DNA of 64,000 nucleotides from Thermoplasmatota archaeon (lineage in GTDB: Archaea; Thermoplasmatota; Penumbrarchaeia; Penumbrarchaeales; Penumbrarchaeaceae). Below, piece by piece: positions 19,375 to 29,962 of the stretch (positions are counted from its first letter, which is position 1; each line of letters starts with the position of its first letter). Under the pieces are notes generated by a model. It was given only the letters and a program-made list of their open reading frames with translations. It did not search any database and was not told where the DNA came from. Position numbers and translations under genes: made by a program. The DNA lies in NCBI GenBank assembly GCA_025457865.1, contig JALOTP010000012.1, positions 1,443 to 65,442 of the forward strand, read 5' to 3'.

Positions 19375-22300
19375 TCATTCTTCGTCCTCATCGAATTCCT
19401 CAAGGTCCATGGGCTCCTCTTCGAACTGCACCCCGCAGTTGGGGCATGTGCTGGCCTCCATCGAGATAAGCTCACCGCATGCAGAGCAGACGCTCATGCT
19501 CTCAAGGTCCTCAAGGTCTTCGAGGTCCTTGTCGGCCTTCCCCTTGGGCGTTCTCAGGCTATCCTCTTCGAACTCCACCTCAGCGGTATCTATCTGTGGC
19601 GGGGCAGAGCTCGGGAGCTTTATGGTCCCGTTATAGATGAGGTAACCCAGGGCAGCAGCCCCGGCGATGATGACCAATACCATGATGAGGATGATAACCT
19701 GGAGCCATGGGAACGGGTCCTCCGGAAGTTTGGACCTGAACGGGTCGTAGGGATAGGAATCCTTCTTGTTCGGAACACCGTCCCCGTCTATGTCAGGGTC
19801 CCTGTCATCCCCCAGTCCATCAAGGTCCATGTCCCCTGGCAATGCCGGGTTCTTGGTATATGGGTCAGAGGTGTCAGGTATGCCGTCATTGTCATCGTCA
19901 GTGTCCATCCAGATGTATGTGTTCAAGGCATCCCCGTCCGGAAGACCGTCCCTGTCGGTATCGAGCGGATTGGAGAACGGGTTCAGCGGGTCGGAACCGA
20001 GGACCAGCTCCTTCTCATCGAACCACCCGTCGTTGTCATCATCATTATCCGATATGTCCGGGATACCGTCCTTATCGGTATCTATGGGCGTCAATCTGAC
20101 GGAGAGGACATAGGAAGGCCCCTGTTCATTGTCAGAGTCCTCGGGCACTATCTCAACTGAGATGTTCTGGTGGTCCGGGTACCTCCAGTTGGCCTGAGAT
20201 TTATTGAGATCCGGCGTGTCCGTCACCGAGATGGGCAATCCCGACAGGCTCCAGTAATAGGTTGGTCGGACCACATCCCCATCTGGATCGGTCCAGACCA
20301 GGTCCGTGATGTGGATCCGTTCAGTGCTCTCATCCACAACAGATGGCATCAATCTGGCAGATCTGATGGTGGGGGGAGAGTTCCTGACGATGACGGAATC
20401 CGTTACTACATCCGACCTGTCCTCACCGTCGAATGTCCAGGCATTGACCTTGATCTCATCGCCCTTCTTGGTGAAGCGGCTCTCGAGGATAGGGCTGTCT
20501 GGGGCCCCTATGCTCACGAACTCGCTCCCAGACCTCTTCTCCCAGAGGTAGTGGAAGGTAACGGTCCCGCTATCCGGGTCATCCCAAGTTCCGGGTACTA
20601 CCAATAGGTCCTGGTCCGTCCGCGGTGTTCTTGAGGTGAACGTTATGGAGCCAAGTGTCGGTGGGGCGTTCCCCACCCTCACGGGTGCGGACCAGACCGG
20701 CGATCCCAGATCACCATAGTTGAGACCGTGCCAGTCCGCCGGAGTGATGGTGAAGTTCCATACTTGCCCTGAGACAACGTTCGGTATCGCCCTCTGATTG
20801 TCATATTCGGTTATATGGGTCCCATCACGGTACCATTGGATTATCTGGTAGGACGGCTGGGGGTCGTCGGGGTCGATATCGTACCAGTCCCATGATGCGA
20901 TGAGGACATCCCCCGTCCTGGGGGCCGGTGATCCCATCGATGAGGTGATCTTGACATTGGAGACCATTGGGGGGTCGTTCACTGGAATGACCGTCACGGT
21001 CACAGAGGCCAGTAGGGATTTGCCGTGGGGGTCGGTCGCCTTGAGCAGAATGGACCCCTCGCCGTTCCAGTCCTTCTGGAGCGTAACAAAAAGCTTATCG
21101 CCCATCAGATAGGGGGAGATCTGCGGGACCTGCCCGGTGACAGAGAAGCTCAGGTTTCCATTGTCCTTGCCAATATCGGAGAACCATCTGCCAATATCGA
21201 TCGAGCCACCAATGAGACCGCTATCCTCGTAGGCAAGGACGTTATCATCGAAAGAAGCCGTTTTAATAGGTGTCTGGAAACCTTCGAAGGACAGGTGTGT
21301 CCTCATTGTAAGCTCAATGAGCATATCCTCGCTGGAATAGTGGTTGTTGGGGGGGTCCTGACGATCGATGTATGTGACCTGGACAAAGGTGGTCACAAGG
21401 GATGAGTCAACCCCTGTCTGGAACGGTATCAGGGGGTCCCTCACCCGGTAGCTCTCGAACTCTCTACTGAAGAGCGATGGTATCCCCTTCACGATCGTGG
21501 TGATGGCGGGGTCCCCTCTTACGACAATGATATCGAATGGGACATTTCCCCTCTCCTCGTTGAGGACCTCGGCCGTGAGGGTGAACTTGATTATGGCCTC
21601 ACCATCGATCCCGCTCACCTGTATGTCGTAAGGGCTTACCGTAGAATCTATCAATGTGGCCTTCGCATTCTCGAGGTAAATGGGTGCGGGTCTGTTCCCG
21701 GAGAAGGTGCAGTCCCTGATCTCGACGTTCTTCGTCTTGTTGGAGAACAGGTACATACCCCATTTATTGTCAATGAAATGGGTCCCAATTACCTTGAGGT
21801 TCTGGGATACCCCAACCACTTCCATGCCCTTCTGGTTGTTCTTGAAGATGCTGTTGGTGATATTGCCTTTGCCGTCCTTCAGATATAGGGCGGTACCATC
21901 TATCGATTCGAGACTGCTCCCTAAGATCTCGACCTGGCTCCTATCAAGGACCAGGGCTTCCGTACCTCCGCTGACCAGGACCCTGTCAAGCTCTATCCGG
22001 CTGGACCCGACGGCCTTGAACTGGTCCAGGTAGCCCAGATAGCCCCCTTTCACAATAACTTTGGATCCGGTGCCTGACAGGACCGTGAACCTGTCCGTGG
22101 TCCGATAGGGCCTGATGTGGCAGTTTTTGAGGTTCAGGGTCGCAATGGCGTTGACATCTATTACGTTGTTCGTGCCCAAGAGAGAGAGGTTCTCGTTCCT
22201 CAATTTCGGGCTGCTCCCGCTTATCACGTTGATATCGAGGTCGGCCAGGACCCTTCCCTGGAATGTTTCGCTCCCCACCTCGTCATAGTTCGACATGGTC

Positions 22301-25032
22301 CAGAGTACATCGTACTTGGGATCGGCGATCAGGTCACCATTGATGTTAGAATCGACCTTGATGGCCTTCAATCCTACTGGCACCCTTCTGGTAACGCTCT
22401 CGCCTGTGGATAGAAGGATGCCCGAGCCCTGGTTCGACCGAAGGACCATGGTGGTCAAGTTGAAATAGTTCCCAGAGAGGGGGACCGTTCCATCGGAGGT
22501 CACATGGACATGCAGTCCCTCCCCGACGTTCTGGGACCCTTCATAGCTTGTCATTGATAGTGATGCGAGGGATTCGAGCACAGCGCCCGTCCCCTTGTTG
22601 GACGCGCATTTTAGGAATGTGACCGTGAGGCTCCCGCCCACCATGTTCAATCCGTTCAGGGCATTGGACTCGGCCTTGGACTGCTGTGCAGTGGATGTGC
22701 CTTGTATGGTCAGGGCTGCGTTCACCGCATGGATCCCATGGCCAGCCTTACTTGAGCTGAACTCGCTCTGGAGTATTGTCACTGCGGAGCGTGCCTTGAC
22801 ATCCAATCCGTTCATGTCGTTAGATGGGAATCTGCATCCATCGATAGTACCCCTGCAATCGGTGTCAATTACCATCCCCGAGCCCCCATTGCTCAGAACA
22901 TCCGTGTTCTTCATGTTGATGGTCCCATGGTCCGCCAGGAAGATGCCACCGATAGCGTTCAGGTCAATGGTGTTCGTGGAGCCGCTGGTCAGGTTCAGGG
23001 TGGAGTACGGTTGTGTGTAGATACCCCATCCTCCGCAGCTCCGAATGTTCAGACCATTGGCGCTGACCTTCTGAGCGTTCCTCAAGTATAGGCCGTCCAG
23101 GGGTGCGGACTTGATAGTTATGCTTTCCAGCACGACAAATCCATTCGAAGGCCAGTTCGTTATTGCCAGGCCATGACCGGTACCGTCCTGTATCTCCCCC
23201 CTCATCAACTTGAAGGTCGGCGTTACAGATGAGGTGATATCAAGGGTTATGACCCCCATGGAATCGGACCTCACATATCTGTCCGATGACAGAGATTGAA
23301 GGTTGCAGTCCTGGATGTTGATACCCACTATGTACGACAGGGAGGTCCCCTTGAGGTATATACCAGCATTTTTCGGGGCCCCCCTCTTGACCGTTACTTT
23401 AAAGAGATTAAGAGGGGCGGTCAGCGGGTAGGACGAGGGGAGCGTGATGTGCAGACCATACTCCTCGGATTCGGAGTCGAGCCCGTCAACCTTCAGAAGC
23501 CCAGATGATGACCTGACACCATAATGAGTGTCATCTATGTGGATGCCTTTAAGTTCCGTCCATCCTCCGGTGATATCCACGCCATGATCGAACTTGACCG
23601 CAGTATCGTTTATGGTCAGGTTGCGGAAAGTGTTCAATGTCCAATCGTTGCCAAGGCCCGATGATAGAACCCTCAGGCCCGTCCTGGTCTGGGCGGTTCC
23701 CAGCAGTTTTCCCCCGACCCAGCTGATCCCTGAATTAGATATCATTGCAAGGGTCGGGCAGCTATGCTTCACCGTACTAACGCCAATATCGACGTTGGTC
23801 ATGTTGACCGATCCGCTCGATGAGGAATAGAGCAGATAGCTGGTCCCATTGAACACCTTCACCTGGTCGATGAGCAAAGAAGGTGTTGTGACGATATTCT
23901 TCGCCCATGCCCCCATCTTTGCCTCTGTTATTAAGGTGGTCAAGGCAGTTTCCGTCCTTCCCTGCCCGCCTATCAAAGGCATCCCGATGTAGGCACAACC
24001 ATGGCCATTGTCAGGTGCAGTGAACCTCAATCTCATAGGTGTATTGTATGCGGTCCCAGTCAGCGATATCCTGCTGTCGTCTGCATTCACCCATTCGCTG
24101 AAGACCGTATTGCTCTTTGGGAAACCGCTGAAGGACTTCCATGTGCCATCGTTGTACTGGAACGATAGGACCGCCTGGGATGACCTGGAATCCAGGAAAT
24201 GTGGGACCTTGATGTATGGTGATACGTATCCAACGACCGTCCAGTTGAAGGTCAGCTCGACGGTCCCGGACCCCGCATAGTAGATGTTGGAGGTCTGTAG
24301 GTCATAAGGCCTCCAGACCGAATTGTTGAGGACCCTCAGTGCGGTCGTGAACCTACCCCTGAGCTCAACGTTACGGATGACGGAGGGGTCTTGGGACCAG
24401 GTATGGTTCGTATCGATGACGAGCGATGCCCCTGCACCGTTACCGTATACTATGGTATTGGTGAGGATCACGCCGCTTTGAAGTATCCTGACATGGTTGC
24501 TAAGATCGGATATCCATGAAGCATTGATACGCCCCTCGTGGAGCATCATCATCGCCGGGTAGGTCAGGGAGCTGGTTGGCGCAGAGATGTTGGTCCTCTC
24601 TATGTTCAGGGAGCTGCCGTTCAAGGCCTTGATCACGTAACCGAGCCTGGATTTCGATGTGATATTGGAATTGAATTTGGGGGCCGCCTTGGACCCGGTG
24701 ATGTTCACCATGCCACCTTTCTCCACCACAAGTTGCGAACCAGCGTTCTGGAAGTTCAGGGTGCAGTTGATGAACTCGTAGATATCGCCCGATTTGACCC
24801 TGAGGGTAGTGATGTTCACGGTCTTGTCCTTGTAAATTGTTTTTACCCCTGGCGTAGGGGTGGACAGGACCTCCGGTATGGAGGATGTCCCCTCTACCTT
24901 TGCTCCGTCCTCATGACCTATGCTCGATGGAGCCATCACGGGAAGTATTACCACAAGCAGCAGCATGGATATGAAGGTCACCGCCCATGATGGCGTTACT
25001 TTCATTCCTGTTCGAGAAATCTCCTTCATCAT
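19375..25032 (-). CDS. 1885-aa surface protein: right-handed beta-helix, cadherin/Ig-like repeats, TSP3-type Ca-binding repeats, TM, cytoplasmic zinc ribbon
   Basis: Signal peptide; NxxxG PbH1-like repeats; VNDPP/GNAPP/RNSPP domain starts; DTDKDG/DTDRDG/DIDGDG; CSACG...CPNCG after the TM. Confidence 0.85.
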   Translation of the reverse strand: MMKEISRTGMKVTPSWAVTFISMLLLVVILPVMAPSSIGHEDGAKVEGTSSIPEVLSTPTPGVKTIYKDKTVNITTLRVKSGDIYEFINCTLNFQNAGSQLVVEKGGMVNITGSKAAPKFNSNITSKSRLGYVIKALNGSSLNIERTNISAPTSSLTYPAMMMLHEGRINASWISDLSNHVRILQSGVILTNTIVYGNGAGASLVIDTNHTWSQDPSVIRNVELRGRFTTALRVLNNSVWRPYDLQTSNIYYAGSGTVELTFNWTVVGYVSPYIKVPHFLDSRSSQAVLSFQYNDGTWKSFSGFPKSNTVFSEWVNADDSRISLTGTAYNTPMRLRFTAPDNGHGCAYIGMPLIGGQGRTETALTTLITEAKMGAWAKNIVTTPSLLIDQVKVFNGTSYLLYSSSSGSVNMTNVDIGVSTVKHSCPTLAMISNSGISWVGGKLLGTAQTRTGLRVLSSGLGNDWTLNTFRNLTINDTAVKFDHGVDITGGWTELKGIHIDDTHYGVRSSSGLLKVDGLDSESEEYGLHITLPSSYPLTAPLNLFKVTVKRGAPKNAGIYLKGTSLSYIVGINIQDCNLQSLSSDRYVRSDSMGVITLDITSSVTPTFKLMRGEIQDGTGHGLAITNWPSNGFVVLESITIKSAPLDGLYLRNAQKVSANGLNIRSCGGWGIYTQPYSTLNLTSGSTNTIDLNAIGGIFLADHGTINMKNTDVLSNGGSGMVIDTDCRGTIDGCRFPSNDMNGLDVKARSAVTILQSEFSSSKAGHGIHAVNAALTIQGTSTAQQSKAESNALNGLNMVGGSLTVTFLKCASNKGTGAVLESLASLSMTSYEGSQNVGEGLHVHVTSDGTVPLSGNYFNLTTMVLRSNQGSGILLSTGESVTRRVPVGLKAIKVDSNINGDLIADPKYDVLWTMSNYDEVGSETFQGRVLADLDINVISGSSPKLRNENLSLLGTNNVIDVNAIATLNLKNCHIRPYRTTDRFTVLSGTGSKVIVKGGYLGYLDQFKAVGSSRIELDRVLVSGGTEALVLDRSQVEILGSSLESIDGTALYLKDGKGNITNSIFKNNQKGMEVVGVSQNLKVIGTHFIDNKWGMYLFSNKTKNVEIRDCTFSGNRPAPIYLENAKATLIDSTVSPYDIQVSGIDGEAIIKFTLTAEVLNEERGNVPFDIIVVRGDPAITTIVKGIPSLFSREFESYRVRDPLIPFQTGVDSSLVTTFVQVTYIDRQDPPNNHYSSEDMLIELTMRTHLSFEGFQTPIKTASFDDNVLAYEDSGLIGGSIDIGRWFSDIGKDNGNLSFSVTGQVPQISPYLMGDKLFVTLQKDWNGEGSILLKATDPHGKSLLASVTVTVIPVNDPPMVSNVKITSSMGSPAPRTGDVLIASWDWYDIDPDDPQPSYQIIQWYRDGTHITEYDNQRAIPNVVSGQVWNFTITPADWHGLNYGDLGSPVWSAPVRVGNAPPTLGSITFTSRTPRTDQDLLVVPGTWDDPDSGTVTFHYLWEKRSGSEFVSIGAPDSPILESRFTKKGDEIKVNAWTFDGEDRSDVVTDSVIVRNSPPTIRSARLMPSVVDESTERIHITDLVWTDPDGDVVRPTYYWSLSGLPISVTDTPDLNKSQANWRYPDHQNISVEIVPEDSDNEQGPSYVLSVRLTPIDTDKDGIPDISDNDDDNDGWFDEKELVLGSDPLNPFSNPLDTDRDGLPDGDALNTYIWMDTDDDNDGIPDTSDPYTKNPALPGDMDLDGLGDDRDPDIDGDGVPNKKDSYPYDPFRSKLPEDPFPWLQVIILIMVLVIIAGAAALGYLIYNGTIKLPSSAPPQIDTAEVEFEEDSLRTPKGKADKDLEDLEDLESMSVCSACGELISMEASTCPNCGVQFEEEPMDLEEFDEDEE

Positions 25033-25175
25033 CTCGGGCCTCCTTTATCGCTCCTGATACCCCCAGGTAGGGAGTTTAAAAGGCGTTTTCAGCGCATTAT
25101 GAACCTGTTCCTATTTTAATTATGAGGTCCAAAATTATCCTATTAGATAAAATTAAAGTGATAATGGGTAGGTCT

Positions 25176-28100
25176 TCATTTCACCTTTTTGAGGGTCTGC
25201 AAACGGTTATATCGTGGAAGATAGAGACGGTAAACGGAGGTTAGGATGAAGATGGCGGAGTATGCGGAGAAAGCTAGGAGTATCATTATGAGCAAGATGA
25301 ACTCCCTTATGGAAGGGATATTTATCAGGAAGACCGCGGTCATGCCCATGACCATCGTGGCCGTCGCCTCTATGAATGACCATCCCGAGGTCTCTGCCGC
25401 CCAGACCACGCCCTCGATCTGCATGTTCTTCTGACGGATCCTCTCGGTTATGTGTATGGAGAAATCGACCCCTGTTCCTGCTATGATCGAACCGATGAGG
25501 GCTGTGAAGAGGTTCAGGTCACCTGAGAACATATTGTCCTCGGGGCCCCATATCAGCTCACCGAACTGACCGACACCGAAGATAGCGACATACTGCCAGA
25601 AAATGACGAGCGTCACAGGGATCATGGTAATGAGGGCCACCCTCCATGACCTGAAGAACAAGAGCAGTATCAGGAAGATCATTATCCATGCAGTTATCGT
25701 GGATTGGTTAGATTTCTCGACTATGACCTCATTGACCGCAACAAGGACCTTGCCGAATCCCGAGAGGGGTGATGCCGTGACACCACCTCCTTCTTTGGAT
25801 GAGACGATGAAATCCCCTTCAGTGGAAATTGCCCGATCGACATTGTTAACGACCCTCTCGGTATCGATTATGTCCATATTGGGCATGTTCATGTAAACTA
25901 TCGTCTTCGAGTAATCATCATTTACGAGCATTCCCTTGATCTCAATACCAAGGGAATTGTAGAAGATGTTGACTAGAAAGACCTTAAGGTCCTCTTTCAG
26001 GATAGCTTGTGCCCAGGAGCTGTCATCAGGAACGTTGTTCCAAGCAACCCAGAATGATTTCTTAACGACGTTACTTCTTACCCATTGGTCGAACAGCTCG
26101 GCAGCATCTTCTGAGATCTGGGCGGCCCTTATCAAGAGCTCCTGATAATAAGGTGTATTGGTAAAATCAGGGATCTGGACCATTTTCATAATATCCACTA
26201 TTGATACGCCCTGAGCGTTCTTAAGGCCCTCGTCCCCTTCGGTCCCGTTCCCGTTTATGGCCGTCATCAAACGCTCTAGCTTGATGAGCACTGCATTGTC
26301 TTTCATGCTGTCATCGATAGCATCGTGCCTGCCATCCTTATCGATGTCCAAGGAGGGTGATCCCCTCACCAGCATGAGCCCTATCTGGCCCGAACCGAAG
26401 GTATCTGACTGCTCCGCCATCTTCTGGACCACTGGTTCATCCGCGGGGGAGAGCATGATATAGTCCATGTTCGCGGTAACGACCGATAGTCCACCGACCT
26501 CTATGTCGGTCAAAGGAATGGGCGACGGTGGTGAGAGCGCTATCGAGAAGATGGCAAGGATGAGAGCGCCTATGATTATCTTCCTGCTGTGCTTTATCGG
26601 GATCTGCCCTATCCTCTTTGAGACAGGGGACACGGTCTGGCCACCGTCGGCCTTGGGGGATTTCTTATAGTTCAGCCATATCACAAGCGTAGGTGTGATG
26701 AGGATGGTCGTCACATAGCATGCCATGATACCAGTGGACAGCCCGAATCCGAGCACCTGCATCGTAGGCATGTTGACGGTCAGCATGGAACCGAAGCCGA
26801 AAGCGGTGGTGGCCGCGCTCAGGAAGATCGCCCTACCCGTCGTTTTCAGGGCGTATCGGATCCTCATCTCCTTGTCCGGAATAGAGGCGCTCTCTTCGGC
26901 ATATCTGTTGGCAATGTACAGGCCGTAGGCTACTCCGAGCGCTATCAGTATAGGGGCGACCAGTACTACTTGAGGGGTCAGGATGGGAAGGAAGATCCCC
27001 ATCATGCCAAAGGAAACTATCAGTGAGAAGAGTATCGGAAGCAGTGTTATGAGCCATATCTTCAAGGTCCTATGGAAGATGAGGAGGGAGGCACCCACCA
27101 TCAGTAGGGCCCAGGGGAAGACGGTCACCATCTCCCTCATCGTTCTCTGTGAGATCATCCTAGCAAGGGGTGTAGGGCCTGTCAGGGTCATCCTGCAGTG
27201 GACCTCTCCCCGGTCGTACCTCCTTTCCCACTGCTTCGTGGTATCCTTGCTACCCGGCCTCACGCCCGGGTCTACGAAGTAGGGTGCTATCTTATCCTCG
27301 ATATTGGTGATTAGCTTGTCCTGGTCCACCTTCTTGGAGAGCCCCATGAGTATCAGGGCGGAATCGTAGATGCCATCATTGTTGATATCCGCAACAAGGG
27401 ACCCGATCTTCTCAGGTCCTATGGCATTGAAGAACTGGTCGATGAGGTTTTGATCCGTAGGTATGGAATAATTGCCCGTTAACTGGTCAGGCAGAGAGAA
27501 TTGAACCAGTTCCCTGGGCAGCTCATTGAGGAAGGCCACGGAGATGGCATTGGATGCATTGTGCAGCGTCTTAATTAGGGTGGAGATGGAGAAACAGAAG
27601 ATTATCCCATCAACGGACCCTTTATCGGTCTTGTTGAAGTTCAATGCCTCTTCGATATCCGAGATCTCCTTAAGGACAGAATAGTCCGTGATATTGGTCT
27701 CATCCGTTGGATCGTACTTATTCGGGGTTTCTATGAAGATGGTCGCTAGGTCCGTCGACCAATCGACCTTCATCTCGGTAAGTACCTTCTCGGCATCCGA
27801 GCCGAACGGGAGATATACCTCGAAATCCCCCCTGATCTTCTGCTGAAGATTGGGTTTCACATCCTCCCCAGCTAGCTTCTGGGGAAGATAGTCAGGCCCG
27901 ATTATTCCCATATAACCAATAAGAAGGCATACTACGATGGTAATGACAAAAATGGGTCCCCTGAACTTTAAAATCCCCTCCATGAGGGTATCCATGGATT
28001 TTGATCGGAAGATCCTCTCCGAATAATTCTCGCTCTTATCATCTAGCTCCTTGATCCTTCTTCCCGTCTCCCTGAGAAGGATCTTTGCCTTCCTGGTTAT

Positions 28101-28259
28101 CTCTGGTGTCCTATCACCTAGTTCTGTAACGACCTTGTCCAATGTCTCCTCGACATCTGCACCTGTGCTGGGAGCAGGTCCATCGGTCCTCTCTGGTACC
28201 TTTGGTCCTATCCCACCCCTTTGGGGGCCTTTCCTCCTTTCCTCGTCAGACCAGGGCAC
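25176..28259 (-). CDS. RND/MMPL-family membrane transporter
   Basis: Twofold 1+5 TM architecture; LTGPTP, GRAIFLSAATTAFGF, GTGVDFSIHITER. Confidence 0.85.
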   Translation of the reverse strand: MPWSDEERRKGPQRGGIGPKVPERTDGPAPSTGADVEETLDKVVTELGDRTPEITRKAKILLRETGRRIKELDDKSENYSERIFRSKSMDTLMEGILKFRGPIFVITIVVCLLIGYMGIIGPDYLPQKLAGEDVKPNLQQKIRGDFEVYLPFGSDAEKVLTEMKVDWSTDLATIFIETPNKYDPTDETNITDYSVLKEISDIEEALNFNKTDKGSVDGIIFCFSISTLIKTLHNASNAISVAFLNELPRELVQFSLPDQLTGNYSIPTDQNLIDQFFNAIGPEKIGSLVADINNDGIYDSALILMGLSKKVDQDKLITNIEDKIAPYFVDPGVRPGSKDTTKQWERRYDRGEVHCRMTLTGPTPLARMISQRTMREMVTVFPWALLMVGASLLIFHRTLKIWLITLLPILFSLIVSFGMMGIFLPILTPQVVLVAPILIALGVAYGLYIANRYAEESASIPDKEMRIRYALKTTGRAIFLSAATTAFGFGSMLTVNMPTMQVLGFGLSTGIMACYVTTILITPTLVIWLNYKKSPKADGGQTVSPVSKRIGQIPIKHSRKIIIGALILAIFSIALSPPSPIPLTDIEVGGLSVVTANMDYIMLSPADEPVVQKMAEQSDTFGSGQIGLMLVRGSPSLDIDKDGRHDAIDDSMKDNAVLIKLERLMTAINGNGTEGDEGLKNAQGVSIVDIMKMVQIPDFTNTPYYQELLIRAAQISEDAAELFDQWVRSNVVKKSFWVAWNNVPDDSSWAQAILKEDLKVFLVNIFYNSLGIEIKGMLVNDDYSKTIVYMNMPNMDIIDTERVVNNVDRAISTEGDFIVSSKEGGGVTASPLSGFGKVLVAVNEVIVEKSNQSTITAWIMIFLILLLFFRSWRVALITMIPVTLVIFWQYVAIFGVGQFGELIWGPEDNMFSGDLNLFTALIGSIIAGTGVDFSIHITERIRQKNMQIEGVVWAAETSGWSFIEATATMVMGMTAVFLINIPSIREFILLIMILLAFSAYSAIFILTSVYRLYLPRYNRLQTLKKVK

Positions 28260-28353
28260 CTGTCCACCAGCTCCTAGTAGAAATTGATGGGTGTACAGCA
28301 GATAACGGTTTTATATTGTTTTCCTGGGGTAGGGCAGTTCAAAGGTCCGAACA

Positions 28354-28617
28354 TCATTCGACGTTCTTCCTTGCCATGGTGGACAGAACGTAGCCAAGGA
28401 TGATTGAGAGTATCGTACCCAAACCCAGCCCCATCAGGACCCCGTATTCGATCCTGAGCTCAAGGGCATCCGTTGGGAACCTCGTTACATAGATGGCCCC
28501 GATCGAGAAAGGTATAACTGCCATAGCTATCAGGAGGGTGCTGTACAACCACCATGCGGCAGGGCCTAGGACGACCCGCTCTTTGCTATTCGACAGCTTC
28601 TCGGTTTCTGCTGGCAT
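28354..28617 (-). CDS. Small membrane protein
   Basis: Two hydrophobic helices; AT-rich TATA-like element upstream. Confidence 0.6.
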   Translation of the reverse strand: MPAETEKLSNSKERVVLGPAAWWLYSTLLIAMAVIPFSIGAIYVTRFPTDALELRIEYGVLMGLGLGTILSIILGYVLSTMARKNVE

Positions 28618-28734
28618 ATAGATGACCTTGAAGGGCCGGTGGGAGAAAAAGAGGGGGTTTATATATAGTTTCCCCGGTGGAAGGGGTCCTTGTCCCGGAA
28701 TTGGATATAGGGTGGATCGGGTGGGTGGCCCAGC

Positions 28735-28959
28735 TCACATGCAATACCTGCCGCTCTTGAAGAGACTATCGTAGGACATCATGTTACTGTCCATCTCCGG
28801 CTCGGTCTCCTCGTGCGTCTCAAGGTGGTAGAGCATCTCTACAAGGACGTTGACCATCTGCCTCAGTTCCCTGACCTCGGAGCGAAGGTCCTCGATTGAG
28901 CGGAGCAGCTCTTCCCTGTTGGGTTCTTCGTGCCTCTTCTTCTCTACCGAGGGGTCCAT
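28735..28959 (-). CDS. Small coiled-coil hypothetical protein (74 aa)
   Basis: AGGTGA SD before ATG at 28959; heptad 'LRSEVRELRQMVNVL'. Confidence 0.65.
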   Translation of the reverse strand: MDPSVEKKRHEEPNREELLRSIEDLRSEVRELRQMVNVLVEMLYHLETHEETEPEMDSNMMSYDSLFKSGRYCM

Positions 28960-29118
28960 CGTTCTCTCACCTGCAGAAGGTCTTACCTGAGATGACAACA
29001 TACTTACTAAGCAGAGGCGCGTATTTCTACCTTTTGGTACGGGCATTTCAACGATTAGGCATAACCAAAGAATTGACTGCTATCGCTATTAATACCCATT
29101 TCACCATATCATGGGAAC

Positions 29119-29961
29119 ATGAAGGAGATGAATACCCTCTCAGTGGAGCTGGTCCAAAGGAAGCATTGGCGGTTGGAGCTCGAGAGGAACCTGGAAACGG
29201 TGATCGGATCGATACGGGCCTCGACTGCCGATCTGCTCGTGTTCCCGGAGATGTTCCTCACGGGCTACTCCCTGGGTGATGAGGTCTTCGATATGGCCCT
29301 TTCCTTGGAAGATGAGGCCGTGTCAAGGATGAAAGGTGCATCATCCGAGCACGGAAAGCACATAGTTATCGGTCTGCCGTTAAGGTCAGAAGAGGTCAAG
29401 GGGCAGGTGCACAATTCGGCGCTTGTAATATCACCGGATGGTATCATCGGACGCTACGACAAGATGCACCTTGTGGACTTCGGTCCTTTCGAAGAACATG
29501 CGTATTTCACACCTGGCAGGGACCCGTTGATAGTGGATATCCTTGGATGGAAGATAGGGGTGATGATATGTTATGACATCTTCTTCCCCGAACTGACCAG
29601 GTACTATGCCCTAAAAGGCTGCGATGCGGTCATCTGCATCTCGGCGTCCCCTTCAATGACAAGGTATTTTTTCGAGGGGGTCATGACCGCAAGAGCCATC
29701 GAGAACACAATTTACCTTCTGTATTCGAACATGGTTGGCGTTGATGCAAGGATGGATTTCTGGGGGGGTGGGGCTATCATAGGACCAAGGGGAGAGACGG
29801 TCGCAAAAGGCCCCTATTTCGATGAGGCATCCATCATGGGTAGTATTGACCCCGAACTGTTATCGTCCGCAAGAAGGAACAGGCCTACCATCCGGGATGC
29901 CAGGCCTTCTATCTTCAGGGAGCTGGCCCGCATGGATGAGATCCGGGACCAAAACGATTGA
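29119..29961 (+). CDS. Carbon-nitrogen hydrolase (nitrilase superfamily)
   Basis: VFPEM, YDKMHL, ICYDIFFPE (E-K-C triad), RAIEN. Confidence 0.92.
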   Translation: MKEMNTLSVELVQRKHWRLELERNLETVIGSIRASTADLLVFPEMFLTGYSLGDEVFDMALSLEDEAVSRMKGASSEHGKHIVIGLPLRSEEVKGQVHNSALVISPDGIIGRYDKMHLVDFGPFEEHAYFTPGRDPLIVDILGWKIGVMICYDIFFPELTRYYALKGCDAVICISASPSMTRYFFEGVMTARAIENTIYLLYSNMVGVDARMDFWGGGAIIGPRGETVAKGPYFDEASIMGSIDPELLSSARRNRPTIRDARPSIFRELARMDEIRDQND

Positions 29962-29962
29962 T

